Part shown: positions 31,677-41,508 of the stretch, one piece after another
How the letters are laid out: each line of letters begins with the position of its first letter
How positions within the stretch are numbered: position 1 is the stretch's first letter
DNA from: Pirellulales bacterium
GTDB lineage: Bacteria > Planctomycetota > Planctomycetia > Pirellulales > JAICIG01
Direction of reading: 5' to 3'
DNA: 64,000 nucleotides
Assembly (NCBI GenBank): GCA_040901675.1
Contig: JBBDYJ010000025.1
Coordinates: 287,943-351,942 of the forward strand
Made by a program: the position numbers and the translations under genes
The notes under the pieces: model-generated
What the model saw: the letters and a program-made list of their open reading frames with translations, nothing else
Told to the model about the DNA's origin: nothing
Databases searched by the model: none

Positions 31677-31910
31677 ATGGCGCATGCAAAGCATTCCAAG
31701 GCGCGCGAATTGTCCATTCACACTCTATTGCAGTCGATCCGGGCGGGTAACAGGCAGGTCCTCGGCACGCTGAGCACCGACCGGCAGCGCATGGCGATCA
31801 CGGCAGCCAAGCGGGCCCGCATCCAGGCCAGTGGCCTTGTCACGCGGATCCGTGCGCACATGTCCGCCCGCGGCAGGCGTTCGCAGTTCCGCCGCGACGC
31901 CCGAAGCTAG
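31677..31910 (+). CDS. Small basic hypothetical protein
   Basis: AAGGAGGT RBS; 77 aa, Arg-rich. Confidence 0.6.
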   Translation: MAHAKHSKARELSIHTLLQSIRAGNRQVLGTLSTDRQRMAITAAKRARIQASGLVTRIRAHMSARGRRSQFRRDARS

Positions 31911-31990
31911 TGCAGCGCGCGCTGACTGGGGGACGCTAACGCTTTGCCACCAGCCACCCGAAGATCACCTCGAATTCAAAAGCTCCGCCT

Positions 31991-32094
31991 AGCTCCAAGC
32001 TCCAAGCTCCAAGTTCCAAGCTCCAAGCTCCAAGCTCCAAGCTCCAAGCCCCAAGCTCTAAGCTCCAAGCCCCAAGCTCTAAGCTCCAAGCTCC
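31991..32094. repeat. Heptamer tandem repeat (AGCTCCA), about 14 copies
   Basis: Visible directly; contains the dipeptidase stop codon. Confidence 0.9.
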
Positions 32095-33158
32095 CCCCAC
32101 GTTTCTCTCAAAAACCGGATCCAGTTGCCGTGCATCACCAGCTCGATGTCGGCCTGGCTGTAGCCGCGCTCGGCGAGCATGGGCGGCAGCCGCGCCAGGT
32201 CGGCAATCGTGTCTAAGTCGGCGGGCGATTGCTCGCGTCCAAAACCGCCGTCCAGGTCGGTGCCGATCGCCGCGTGCCGGGCGTTGCCGGCCAACTGGCA
32301 CACGTGGTCGATGTGGTCGACCATCTGCGAAAGCCGCACGCCGGCCTCCTCGGGCGTCGTCTTGCCGCGAACCCAGCCGGGAACCATCATCCAGGCGTCC
32401 AGGGCCGCGCCGATCACGGCCTGCCGCTCGATCAGGGCCCGCATCTGCTCGTCGCTGAACTGGCGTTCTTCGGGTACCAGCGCGCGGCAGTTCGAGTGAC
32501 TGGCCCATACCCGCCCGGAAAAGCGATCGAGCGCCTCCCAAAAGCTTACATCGCACAGGTGCGTGGCATCCAGGATCATCCCCAGCCGCTCGATCTCATC
32601 CAGCAGCTCGCGGCCGCGTGGACCCAGCCCGCCCGACGAATGCGTTCCAAAAGCGTACGTTCCGGGCCCGTAGTGGGCCGGGCCGATCGCCCGCAGCCCT
32701 TGCGCGTAGGCCCGCTCGAGATGCGCCGGCGTGACGATCGAATCGGCCCCTTCCAGGCTCAGCACGTAGCCGATTGCGGCATTCGCCGGCGGCGAGTCCT
32801 GCCACAGCGCGGCGTGCCTTTCCAGGCCGGCCGTGTCGACGATCTGCACGAGCTGGCCCGCCTCCTCCATGGCCCGGTACCAGGCGAGCTGGCCCTGGGT
32901 CTGGGCCCAGGCAATCTCGGGGCTGTGCCAGCCGGGCAGCGGGTTGCCGGGCTTGACGTAGCGGGCGATCTGGGTGGCCACGCACAGGCCCACCTTGCCG
33001 CGCCGCATTTCGCCCAGCGAAACCGTCCCCTTGCCGCGATCGGCCTTATCGGTGCGTCCCTGCTCGCGGCGGCGGATCTCGCCCACGGACACGGTCAGGT
33101 CCCGGTTCCACTCCAGGGCGTTCATGCTAAGGTCGAGGTGGGCATCGAAGATGAGCAT
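32079..33158 (-). CDS. Membrane dipeptidase (peptidase M19)
   Basis: DAHLD, SLEGAD, DATH, ASHSN, IDHV...IGTDLDG, GNW.RF. Confidence 0.92.
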   Translation of the reverse strand: MLIFDAHLDLSMNALEWNRDLTVSVGEIRRREQGRTDKADRGKGTVSLGEMRRGKVGLCVATQIARYVKPGNPLPGWHSPEIAWAQTQGQLAWYRAMEEAGQLVQIVDTAGLERHAALWQDSPPANAAIGYVLSLEGADSIVTPAHLERAYAQGLRAIGPAHYGPGTYAFGTHSSGGLGPRGRELLDEIERLGMILDATHLCDVSFWEALDRFSGRVWASHSNCRALVPEERQFSDEQMRALIERQAVIGAALDAWMMVPGWVRGKTTPEEAGVRLSQMVDHIDHVCQLAGNARHAAIGTDLDGGFGREQSPADLDTIADLARLPPMLAERGYSQADIELVMHGNWIRFLRETWGELGA

Positions 33159-33469
33159 CGTGGTGGCAGGCCTCGCGAGGGTATGACGGCAGGCGGGAAA
33201 TCAACGTGCCCATTTGCCACGTCGGACCAAATGCTAGTAGGCGAACCGGCCGTCCGCAAGCGGCGCCAGCAGTAGCAGGACTCGTTCAATTCTTGCGGCG
33301 GTCGCAGTCCTGTAGCCGGATTCGCCAGAATTCAGGGGGCCATCCATCGCGCTACAACTCTGGCGTGCTACTTTATAGTCTGCTGCCTTACGGTTGTTGG
33401 CCGCCGTGCCCATGGTTAGCATGGGCAGACGCACAACAATCAGCGGCAGCCGCGTAAATCCCAGCGCAA

Positions 33470-36400
33470 ATGGAATCGACGATGCACCATGCCGGCCGGG
33501 CAGTGCCCGCTTCGTCCTTCTGCCTTTTTCCTTCGTCCTTCTGCCTTCCTCTGCTCGTGCTGCTCGCGATCGGCGGCCATGCCGCGGCGGCCAAAACCGA
33601 CCAGCAGCCGGCCCAGCCATTCGACGTGCCCGACGGTTTCGAGGTCTCGCTGTACGCCGACGATGACCTGGCGCACGACATCTTTTCCATGACCATCGAT
33701 GCCCAAGGGCGGGTGGTCGTGGCGGGGCGCGACTACGTCAAGATACTGCACGATGCCGACGGCGACGGCCGGGCGGAACGGGCCAGCCTGTTCTCGCCCA
33801 CGCCCAAGAGCGGGGCGCACGGCATGTACTTCGACGGGCCCGACCTGATCTGCACGGGCGACGACGCGGTCCGGCGGCTCTCGGACCGCGACGGCGACGG
33901 CAAGGCCGACGACGAGGGCGAGGTGTGGACCCGCCTCCGCCATCCGGAGCACGGGGCCAACGGAATTGTCCGCGGGCCCGACGGCTGGTACTGGCTGATC
34001 GCCGGCAACGATGCGGGCATCTCCACCGAACATGCGGCCCTGGCCGGCTCGCCGGTCAAAACGCCTCGCTCGGGCGGCGTGGTGCGGTTCTCGCCCGACG
34101 GCAAGCGCAGCGACGTCTTCGCCCACGGCTTCCGCAACCCGTACGACCTCGACTTCAACAGCAGCGGTCATTTGTTCACGGTCGACTCGGATGGCGAACG
34201 CGACCATCACCTTCCCTGGTACGCGCCCACCCGGCTGTTCGATATCGCGCAGGGCATGGAGCACGGCTGGCTGCTGCAGGGCTGGCAGCGGAGCTGGAAC
34301 CGGCCGCAGTCGTTCTTCGACAATGTGCCGCGGCTGGCCGAGTTGGGCCGAGGCTCGCCGACCGGCCTCGTGGTCTACCGGCACCGCCAGTTTCCAGAAC
34401 GATTCCGCGATGGAGTGTTTACCTGCTGCTGGACGTTCGGGCGTGTCTACTTTGTTCCGTTAAAGCCCGACAAGGCCAGCCTGTCCGTTGACCCAGCAGC
34501 GGAAGTCTTCCTGCAGACGGCGGGAGACCATGGCTTTGCGCCGGTCGATCTGGCGGTGGGACCGGAAGGCGACCTGTTCGTGGCCGTCGGTGGCCGCGGC
34601 ACGCGGGGCGGCGTGTTTCGCGTCCGCTATCAGCGTGCAGATCGCCGAGCTGCTGAATCCGCCGACCCGCTCGACCGGGTGCTGCGGGCCGACCAGCCGC
34701 TGGCCAGTTGGTCGCGGGCCCGCTGGGTCCCGCTCGCCAGGCAGCTCGGCCGCGATCGGTTCACCGCGATCACCGCCGACGCCGCTTATCCGGTTGATGA
34801 ACAAATCCGCGCGGTCGAAGTGCTGGTCGAGCAGTTCGGCGGCCTGTCGCCGGACGACGCCCGCCGCGCCGTCGCCTTGAACAGGCCCAACCTGACTGCC
34901 CGGGTGGCCTGGGCCCTCGAGCGGCACGACCCAGCCGACGAGGCCCAGTCGATTCTGGCCGAGCTGACGTACGCCGAGCATCCGGCCGTAGCACGCGCGG
35001 CCTGGGAGGCGCTGGCTGCCTTGCCGGAGTTGGATTTTGCACAAGAGGGCCGCCGACCCAACTGGCTCGCCGCCAGCCGCGACGAATGCCGGCGGGTCCG
35101 CGCTGCCATGCTGACGGCGGCCCGCGGTCCCGGCCACGCATCGTTCCAGCATGGATTGGGCCAGGTCGCTGCCGGCGAGCCGCCGCGGCAACGGATGGCC
35201 CGCCTGTGGGCGGTGATGCCCCAAGCCGATGAGCCAAACGCCGCCGGCCAAGACTACTTCGACTCCTGCCTGGCGGCGTTCGACGAGGCCGCCGCCGCCG
35301 AGGAGCGCCTGGAAGCAGTCCGGCTGGTGCAGATCGGCCTGGGCGACCTGCGAGTGCAACCGGGACAGCCGGAGGTTTACAGCGGCTACAGTGGCAACGC
35401 CACCGACGAGGTGGCGACGGAAATACGGCAACGGCTGGTCGAGTGGCTCGCGCCGGCGTGCCCGGCGGCGGATGCCGAGCTGAATCGCGAGTTGGCCCGC
35501 CTGCTGGGAATGCTCTCGGCCGACGATCCGGGATTGCCGGAGGCGATCGTCGATCGGGTCTCCCACGCCAGCTTGCCCAAGGACGACATCCATTACCTGA
35601 TCGTTCTCTCACGGCTGCCGGCAGCACGGACGGCCAAAGTGACCCAAGCCACAGCAGTGGCCCTGGCCGGCCTGCACCCCAAGCTGGCTGCCCGAGGCAT
35701 GTATCCCGACCGCAACTGGCCGCTCCGCGTGGCGGAGTTGTTCGACGAGCTCTGCCGGCGCGACTCTCATTTGGCGGCCACGCTTGCCCGGCATGAAGCC
35801 TTCGGATTGCCGGACCACAGTTTGTTCGCGGCCGGGATGAGCGGGCCGGCCCGGCAGGCCGCCGCCGGGCGGCTGCTGGCGCTGGCAACCGAGTCGGACG
35901 ACGCCCCGCCGTGGACCAGCCAGTTGGTGACCGTGCTCGGCTCGCTGCCCGCCGAACGGGTGCTGCCTCACCTGCGCGAGCAATGGAGTGATTATGGATT
36001 GCGAGACGCGATCGCGCTGGTGCTGGCCGACCATGGGCAGACGGCCGATCGCGAGCGCCTGGTCGAGGCCTTGTCGTCGGCCGACGGCAACGTCGTGCGG
36101 CGAGCGGCCGAGGCGCTGGCCGCCTTCAATTCCCCGCAGCCGGCCGAGCTGGCCACCGCCGTGCGGACCCTGCGCGAGTATTGCGCAGCCAAGGAGCACT
36201 CCGCCGTGAGGCAGGCCCTGGCCGGCTTGCTGCGCGCCTGGGCCGGGCACGAGATCGCCATTGACGAGCAGGCCGCCGGCGATCTTTCGGCGGCCTACCA
36301 GCCATGGTTCGATTGGTTTGCCGCCCAGCATCCTGACGAAGCGGCCCGCCTGGCCGACTTTGCCGGGGCCGACGCGGCCGCCTGGCGCGAGCGGCTGGCG

Positions 36401-36820
36401 GCGGTCGACTTCTCGCAAGGCGACGTCGGCCGGGGCAAGGTGTTGTTCGAGAAGCGGGCCTGCCATCGCTGCCACGTGGCGGCCGGCCGGCTGGGTCCCG
36501 ACTTGCGCGGGGCCGCGGCGCGCTTCTCCCCCCAGGACCTGTTCGCGGCCATCGTCGAGCCGAGCAAGGAAGTGTCGCCCCTCTATCAAACCACGCTGGT
36601 GACGACGCGCGGCGGGCAGGTGTACCACGGGCTGCTCGTCTACGACTCGGCCGACGGCCTGTTGTTGCAGACCAGTCCCGACACCACGGTCCGCGTAACC
36701 GGCGACGACATCGACCAGGTCCTGCCCAGCCGGCAGTCGCTGATGCCCACCGGGCTGTTGAACGACGCCACCGACCAGGACCTGGCCGATTTGTATGCCT
36801 ACCTGAAGACGATCCACTAG
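33470..36820 (+). CDS. PVC-type beta-propeller/HEAT/c-type heme membrane-bound dehydrogenase-like protein
   Basis: VPDGFEVSLYA, GFRNPYD, HEAT-like repeats, CHRCH heme motif, GPDL, SLMP.GL. Confidence 0.88.
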   Translation: MESTMHHAGRAVPASSFCLFPSSFCLPLLVLLAIGGHAAAAKTDQQPAQPFDVPDGFEVSLYADDDLAHDIFSMTIDAQGRVVVAGRDYVKILHDADGDGRAERASLFSPTPKSGAHGMYFDGPDLICTGDDAVRRLSDRDGDGKADDEGEVWTRLRHPEHGANGIVRGPDGWYWLIAGNDAGISTEHAALAGSPVKTPRSGGVVRFSPDGKRSDVFAHGFRNPYDLDFNSSGHLFTVDSDGERDHHLPWYAPTRLFDIAQGMEHGWLLQGWQRSWNRPQSFFDNVPRLAELGRGSPTGLVVYRHRQFPERFRDGVFTCCWTFGRVYFVPLKPDKASLSVDPAAEVFLQTAGDHGFAPVDLAVGPEGDLFVAVGGRGTRGGVFRVRYQRADRRAAESADPLDRVLRADQPLASWSRARWVPLARQLGRDRFTAITADAAYPVDEQIRAVEVLVEQFGGLSPDDARRAVALNRPNLTARVAWALERHDPADEAQSILAELTYAEHPAVARAAWEALAALPELDFAQEGRRPNWLAASRDECRRVRAAMLTAARGPGHASFQHGLGQVAAGEPPRQRMARLWAVMPQADEPNAAGQDYFDSCLAAFDEAAAAEERLEAVRLVQIGLGDLRVQPGQPEVYSGYSGNATDEVATEIRQRLVEWLAPACPAADAELNRELARLLGMLSADDPGLPEAIVDRVSHASLPKDDIHYLIVLSRLPAARTAKVTQATAVALAGLHPKLAARGMYPDRNWPLRVAELFDELCRRDSHLAATLARHEAFGLPDHSLFAAGMSGPARQAAAGRLLALATESDDAPPWTSQLVTVLGSLPAERVLPHLREQWSDYGLRDAIALVLADHGQTADRERLVEALSSADGNVVRRAAEALAAFNSPQPAELATAVRTLREYCAAKEHSAVRQALAGLLRAWAGHEIAIDEQAAGDLSAAYQPWFDWFAAQHPDEAARLADFAGADAAAWRERLAAVDFSQGDVGRGKVLFEKRACHRCHVAAGRLGPDLRGAAARFSPQDLFAAIVEPSKEVSPLYQTTLVTTRGGQVYHGLLVYDSADGLLLQTSPDTTVRVTGDDIDQVLPSRQSLMPTGLLNDATDQDLADLYAYLKTIH

Positions 36821-36824
36821 CGAC

Positions 36825-37220
36825 GTAGCCGGATTCGCCAGGATTCGGGCCCCTCGCGGCTCCCGTAGCCGGATTCAACAGAATTCGGACCGCGATTCAC
36901 TTTACCAGACTTTGCAGTCGCCCTCGGCCATTGACTGCCGCTCGCTTTCGAGCGCAAACAGCCCCGAACGGGGCGAAAGTTAATAGCCGGGGTGCGTAAG
37001 CCCCCGGCAGCGCGCCACCGACAGCGCGTCGTAAGCCCCGAAGGGGGCGACAGTGATCGTCGCGCGACGTTCCGCTTCCGAAACGAGTGGCGTGTTATGT
37101 TCGCCATGGTTCTCTCCACCAGAACTCCGGCGAGTTCTGCTACCTCGAGATTCCCGTAGCCGGATTCGCCAGAATTCGGGCCGCAATCCGCTTCACCCGA
37201 ACTCTGGCGAGTTCTGCTAC
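36825..37220. repeat. Mixed REP cluster between convergent genes
   Basis: About five GTAG-REP hairpins plus a GCCCCGAAnGGGGC composite. Confidence 0.8.
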
Positions 37221-37221
37221 T

Positions 37222-38730
37222 TCACTGGTTCAACCACCTTTGAGCGAAGACGTTGGCCGCATCGCGGCTGGGAAACGCGCGGATCGAATAACGAGGCTTG
37301 GCCTGTTGCAGCTTGGTCAACTGCTCCCGCTGCCATTGCTGCACGGCGGCCGGTGAGAAGCTGACAATTGCCATCCGCACCAGGTCGGTCTCGATCATCG
37401 CCACGTAGTGCGTCTGGTTGATGATCGGGTCGCTGTACGGCAGCTTCTGCAAGTGCTTGACCAAGGCCTTCTCGTGACCCAAAAAATCGTCGCCAAAGTG
37501 CTTCTCGAACAGGGCCACCTGCTCGTCGGAGGTCATCTGCTTCAAAGGCTCGGCCTGGCTGACTTCGGCCAGGAAGGCGAAGAACTTCTCCTGGCGCCGC
37601 TCGGCCAGGTAATGGGTCAAGGCCCAAGCGGAGGCATAGCCCGTCGACGTGAGCGCCTGGGCCTCGACGGTGGGCCGCACCAGCTCGTTGGGTCCGCCCG
37701 CTGGTCCCTGGGCGAGATACTCTTCCAGCTCCTTCATCCGTATGTCGTTGACCACGCCGACTCCCTTCCAGCGGATTCGATTGCCGACGGTGGTCGGGGC
37801 GAAGTACTCCGGCAGCCCCTCGCTGATCCAGATCGGCCAGCGCGAGAGCCGCTGTTGAACGCCGATGTTGTGCAGGATCTGGTGGACTCCCTCGTGCGCG
37901 ATGACGGAGATCGACTGCTTGACGGCCAGCTCCGGCGCGATCTCGACCAGCTTCGACTGCTCGTACATCACGACGTGGTTCGATACCCCGTTGTAGTAGG
38001 CCGCCACTCCCTCGGGCATCTTGTGGTACTTGTCGAACTCCTCCTGCGTCTTGAACATGATCACGACCAGCGGCATTTCCGGATCGTGGACCGGCAGCTT
38101 CCGCCGCTTGCAGTAGGCCAGCAGGCTCGGATACATCGTCTCCAGGATGCGGCTGGTCGCCAGGTAAAAGGGCTGGCTGGTGTTGTAGACGTAGAGATAG
38201 CGCTTCGTGCGGCGGGTCCGGAAACCTTGGAACGCCCCGCCGGTGAGCTCCGCGGCCATTTCGTCCATGCCGGCCGGCTCGAACTTGCGGTCGGTCTCCG
38301 TGGCATCGCGGGTGAGGATCGAATCCAGCCGGCCGTTGGGCAACAGCACCACCAGGCGGTCGCCTACCTCCACGAAGACCTTGGCCACCACCGGATCCCT
38401 GCCCTCGACCGGCGCCAGAACGCGCCGATCACCCCCCGGCTTAGCCGGCGCCTCGGGCACGATCAGCTCGAAGTCTCGCGGATCGGCCTGGGGGGCCGGC
38501 TGCTGCGCCAGCAGCTCGGCGGCCGACAGCGAAATGCAAAAGGCCGCAAGGAATGACCGAAAAATAACTTCGGCAAAGTCGAGCGAGCTGGGTGGCTGGG
38601 GCAAAGCGATAAGCGTGCCCCAGTTGCAATGTGAGGAAGTTATTTTTCGGCCGATACGAAGTTGCCAAACGAGGGCGGCCCAGCGCAACGGTGCCCGGCG
38701 CACGGAAGACTGAGGCTGTTTGGACTGCAT
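37222..38730 (-). CDS. DUF1570 protein (zincin-like HExxH); start uncertain
   Basis: AHEGVHQILHNIG...PIWISEGLPEYF, YASAWALTHYL. Confidence 0.8.
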   Translation of the reverse strand: MQSKQPQSSVRRAPLRWAALVWQLRIGRKITSSHCNWGTLIALPQPPSSLDFAEVIFRSFLAAFCISLSAAELLAQQPAPQADPRDFELIVPEAPAKPGGDRRVLAPVEGRDPVVAKVFVEVGDRLVVLLPNGRLDSILTRDATETDRKFEPAGMDEMAAELTGGAFQGFRTRRTKRYLYVYNTSQPFYLATSRILETMYPSLLAYCKRRKLPVHDPEMPLVVIMFKTQEEFDKYHKMPEGVAAYYNGVSNHVVMYEQSKLVEIAPELAVKQSISVIAHEGVHQILHNIGVQQRLSRWPIWISEGLPEYFAPTTVGNRIRWKGVGVVNDIRMKELEEYLAQGPAGGPNELVRPTVEAQALTSTGYASAWALTHYLAERRQEKFFAFLAEVSQAEPLKQMTSDEQVALFEKHFGDDFLGHEKALVKHLQKLPYSDPIINQTHYVAMIETDLVRMAIVSFSPAAVQQWQREQLTKLQQAKPRYSIRAFPSRDAANVFAQRWLNQ

Positions 38731-38928
38731 GGTTCCGTTTTACCTGAGTAGATCGCTGTGCTCCAGTGACCAACCACCAGACAGCGGCAACAAATCCACT
38801 TGCGTCTGGACTCTGGACTCCGGACTCCGGACTTTGTTATGCTGAATCGCAGCGCGGGAGGCCGGTTTTCCCGCGTTTTTCATTTCCGGCCCTTCACTCG
38901 GCCGTGCGGCCGAAGAAAGATGGAGCTC

Positions 38929-39213
38929 ATGGCAAAAAAAGCAAGCGCCCGCCATATTCTCGTCAACACCAAGGAAGCGTGCGAGGACCTGAAGACCCAA
39001 ATTGCCGAAGGGGCCGACTTCGCCAAGCTGGCCCGCACGCACTCGACGTGCCCCTCCGGCAAAGAGGGCGGCGCGCTGGGCGAGTTCAGCCCAGGCCAGA
39101 TGGTCCCCGAGTTTGACCGGGTCGTGTTCAGTTGCGACGTGGGCGAGGTGCAGGGCCCGGTGAAGACCCAGTTTGGCTGGCATCTGGTCGAGGTCACCAG
39201 CCGCCGCGACTAG
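38929..39213 (+). CDS. ppiC: Parvulin peptidyl-prolyl isomerase
   Basis: [38 protein letters not shown]. Confidence 0.92.
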   Translation: MAKKASARHILVNTKEACEDLKTQIAEGADFAKLARTHSTCPSGKEGGALGEFSPGQMVPEFDRVVFSCDVGEVQGPVKTQFGWHLVEVTSRRD

Positions 39214-39241
39214 GACTCTCGGAAACTCAGGGAGGATGATG

Positions 39242-40852
39242 ATGCACGAGAGCCGCGGCCCGGACGACCAATCGGCGGGTGGCATGGTCCAGCACTCCGC
39301 GAAAACCGCGGGCCGCTGGCGCCGCTATTGGCCGCCGATCGTGATTGTGGCTCTGGCCGGCGCTACGATCGCCTGGGTCCAGTCGACCGAGACGATCCAG
39401 ATCGCCGCCACGCGCTTCCTGACGACCGCATCGTGTCTGATGCTGGCGGCACTGCTGCTGGCACTCTGGTTCATCTTCTTCACCGGCTTGCCCGCGCTGA
39501 CCCGTTTTACGCTGCTCGGGCTTGGCCTGGCGTTTGCCGTCATCTTTACGCTCACTGTGCGCGTCGAAGGCGTCAGCGGCGACATGCAACCGAAGCTGAC
39601 CTGGCGGTGGTCGCCCAAGGCGGACGAACGCCTGGCTGCCGCGCTCGACAGCTCCGCGGACCGTGCCGCGGTCGACCTGGCGGGCGGTTCTCCCGCGGAC
39701 TTCCCGCAGTTCCTGGGAAAAAACCGCAACGCCGTGGTCCAGAACGTCCGGCTGGCGCGCGATTGGCAGGCGAATCCGCCGGAGCTGGTCTGGCGGCAGC
39801 CGATCGGCTCCGGCTGGTCGGCATTCGCCGTGGTGGGCGACTATGCGGTAACCCAGGAGCAGCGGGGCGGCCAGGAGTTGGTCGTCTGCTACGAGCTGCT
39901 GTCGGGCATCCCGCGCTGGTCGCACGCCGATCGGGGCCGCTACAGTTCCACGATTGCCGGCGACGGGCCCCGCTCCACGCCCACGATTTTCGAAGGCCGC
40001 GTGTATGCCTTCGGCGTCGAGGGGCGGCTGAGCTGTCTGGACGGCGCCAGCGGCGAAGCGATCTGGACGCGGGACGTGCTGGCCGAGAACGGGGCCAAGA
40101 ACCGGCAGTGGGGGAACAGTTGTTCGCCCTTGATCCTCGACGACCTGGTCGTGGTCAGTGCCGGCGGGTCGGCCGGCCGGTCGCTGGTCGCTTACGACCG
40201 GATAACCGGCGAGCCGGCCTGGACCGGCGGTGACGACCCGGCGAGCTACAGCTCTCCGCTGCTGTGTACCTTGGGCGGCGTCCGGCAGATCCTGATCGTG
40301 AATGCCAACAGCCTGGCCTCGCACGATCCGGCCGGCGGCCGCCTCTTGTGGCGGTTTCGCTGGGAAGGAGGAGAGCCCAAGGTTCCCCAGCCGCTGCCGC
40401 TGGAGCCGGACCAGGTGTTCATCGCCGCCGGCTATGGAGTCGGCTGCAAGCTGCTGTCGCTCCAGAACCAGCAAGGCGACTTTCGGGTCAGCACCGCTTG
40501 GGAAAACCGCCTGCTCAAGCCCAAGTTCACCAACGTCGTTGTGCGCGACGGCTTCGTGTACGGCTTGGACGACGGCCGCTCGCTCGTCTGCCTCGACCTG
40601 GCCACCGGCCGGCGCGTATGGCGGGGCGGACGATACGGCCACGGCCAGTTATTGTTGATTGACGATTTGCTCTTGATCCAGACCGACTCGGGCGAAATGG
40701 TGCTGGCGGAGGCCAACCCCCAGCAGCACGTCGAGCTAGGCCGTTTCCAGGCCATCGAGGGCAAGAGCTGGAACACTCCCGCCTTGGCCGGCCAGTATCT
40801 GCTGGTCCGCAACGCCGAGGAAGCCGCATGCTACCGCCTGCCCCTCGAATGA
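39242..40852 (+). CDS. PQQ-binding-like (BamB-type) beta-propeller protein with N-terminal TMs
   Basis: FPQFLG.NR, GPRSTP, SYSSP, WNTPAL repeats. Confidence 0.85.
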   Translation: MHESRGPDDQSAGGMVQHSAKTAGRWRRYWPPIVIVALAGATIAWVQSTETIQIAATRFLTTASCLMLAALLLALWFIFFTGLPALTRFTLLGLGLAFAVIFTLTVRVEGVSGDMQPKLTWRWSPKADERLAAALDSSADRAAVDLAGGSPADFPQFLGKNRNAVVQNVRLARDWQANPPELVWRQPIGSGWSAFAVVGDYAVTQEQRGGQELVVCYELLSGIPRWSHADRGRYSSTIAGDGPRSTPTIFEGRVYAFGVEGRLSCLDGASGEAIWTRDVLAENGAKNRQWGNSCSPLILDDLVVVSAGGSAGRSLVAYDRITGEPAWTGGDDPASYSSPLLCTLGGVRQILIVNANSLASHDPAGGRLLWRFRWEGGEPKVPQPLPLEPDQVFIAAGYGVGCKLLSLQNQQGDFRVSTAWENRLLKPKFTNVVVRDGFVYGLDDGRSLVCLDLATGRRVWRGGRYGHGQLLLIDDLLLIQTDSGEMVLAEANPQQHVELGRFQAIEGKSWNTPALAGQYLLVRNAEEAACYRLPLE

Positions 40853-40884
40853 AGGCCTGGACATGGAGCGTCCATCCTTGTCGA

Positions 40885-41508
40885 TTAGTGGCCCTTCGCC
40901 TTTGCCATCTCGAGCATCTCATCCAGCATCGCTTGCAAGTAGGGGCACTTTTCTCTCGCCACTGCCGGACTCAGTTTGGCGAATAGCTCCCTGCCGTTAA
41001 CCGTCTTCTTATAGCCTTTCTTGAGACGTTGCTTGTAAATGCGATCCAAAAGTTTTGCGGGCGGTTCTTCAAAATCGACCATCTCTGGATTCGCTACTTT
41101 GGTGGGAAACGCGTTTCGCACTTTCTCTGGAAAGTTCTCCGGCTGGCTCAGCAACCAAGCCTCGACCTCGTGCACCGCAAAGAACATCCGAAACCGATCG
41201 TCATTGACCTGCTTTTCACAATGCCTCACACCCCAGGCCTGCCGTTGTTCCGCCGTCGTGAGATCCTCGGGATAATCCGGACCATATAGGTCCAGGAGTC
41301 CGAGCACGGCGATCAGCTCATCCTGTTTCGGCCCGTGGAGATGCATCCTGGCTTTGATCGCCATCTCGCGCATGAAATGTGCATGGCCCCGGAATCTGAT
41401 GGGCTGGATACCTACTCGCTGAGTCAGGTTCCGATCAAGCCAACGCTTCAAGAAATCCGGGATCGCGCGCTTTTCCGTTTCACCTTCGACCAGCAGGAGA
41501 AACTTCAT
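40885..41508 (-). CDS. DUF4276-family (TOPRIM-like) protein
   Basis: VEGETE, LLDLY, HEVEAWLLS, YKKT, CPY; ATGA overlap with the ATPase. Confidence 0.8.
   Translation of the reverse strand: MKFLLLVEGETEKRAIPDFLKRWLDRNLTQRVGIQPIRFRGHAHFMREMAIKARMHLHGPKQDELIAVLGLLDLYGPDYPEDLTTAEQRQAWGVRHCEKQVNDDRFRMFFAVHEVEAWLLSQPENFPEKVRNAFPTKVANPEMVDFEEPPAKLLDRIYKQRLKKGYKKTVNGRELFAKLSPAVAREKCPYLQAMLDEMLEMAKAKGH

Noticed and set aside
36825..37220. Regularly spaced palindromic repeats as a CRISPR array
   Set aside because: Copies are degenerate, in both orientations, irregularly spaced and dispersed elsewhere; no cas genes. They fit GTAG REPs.
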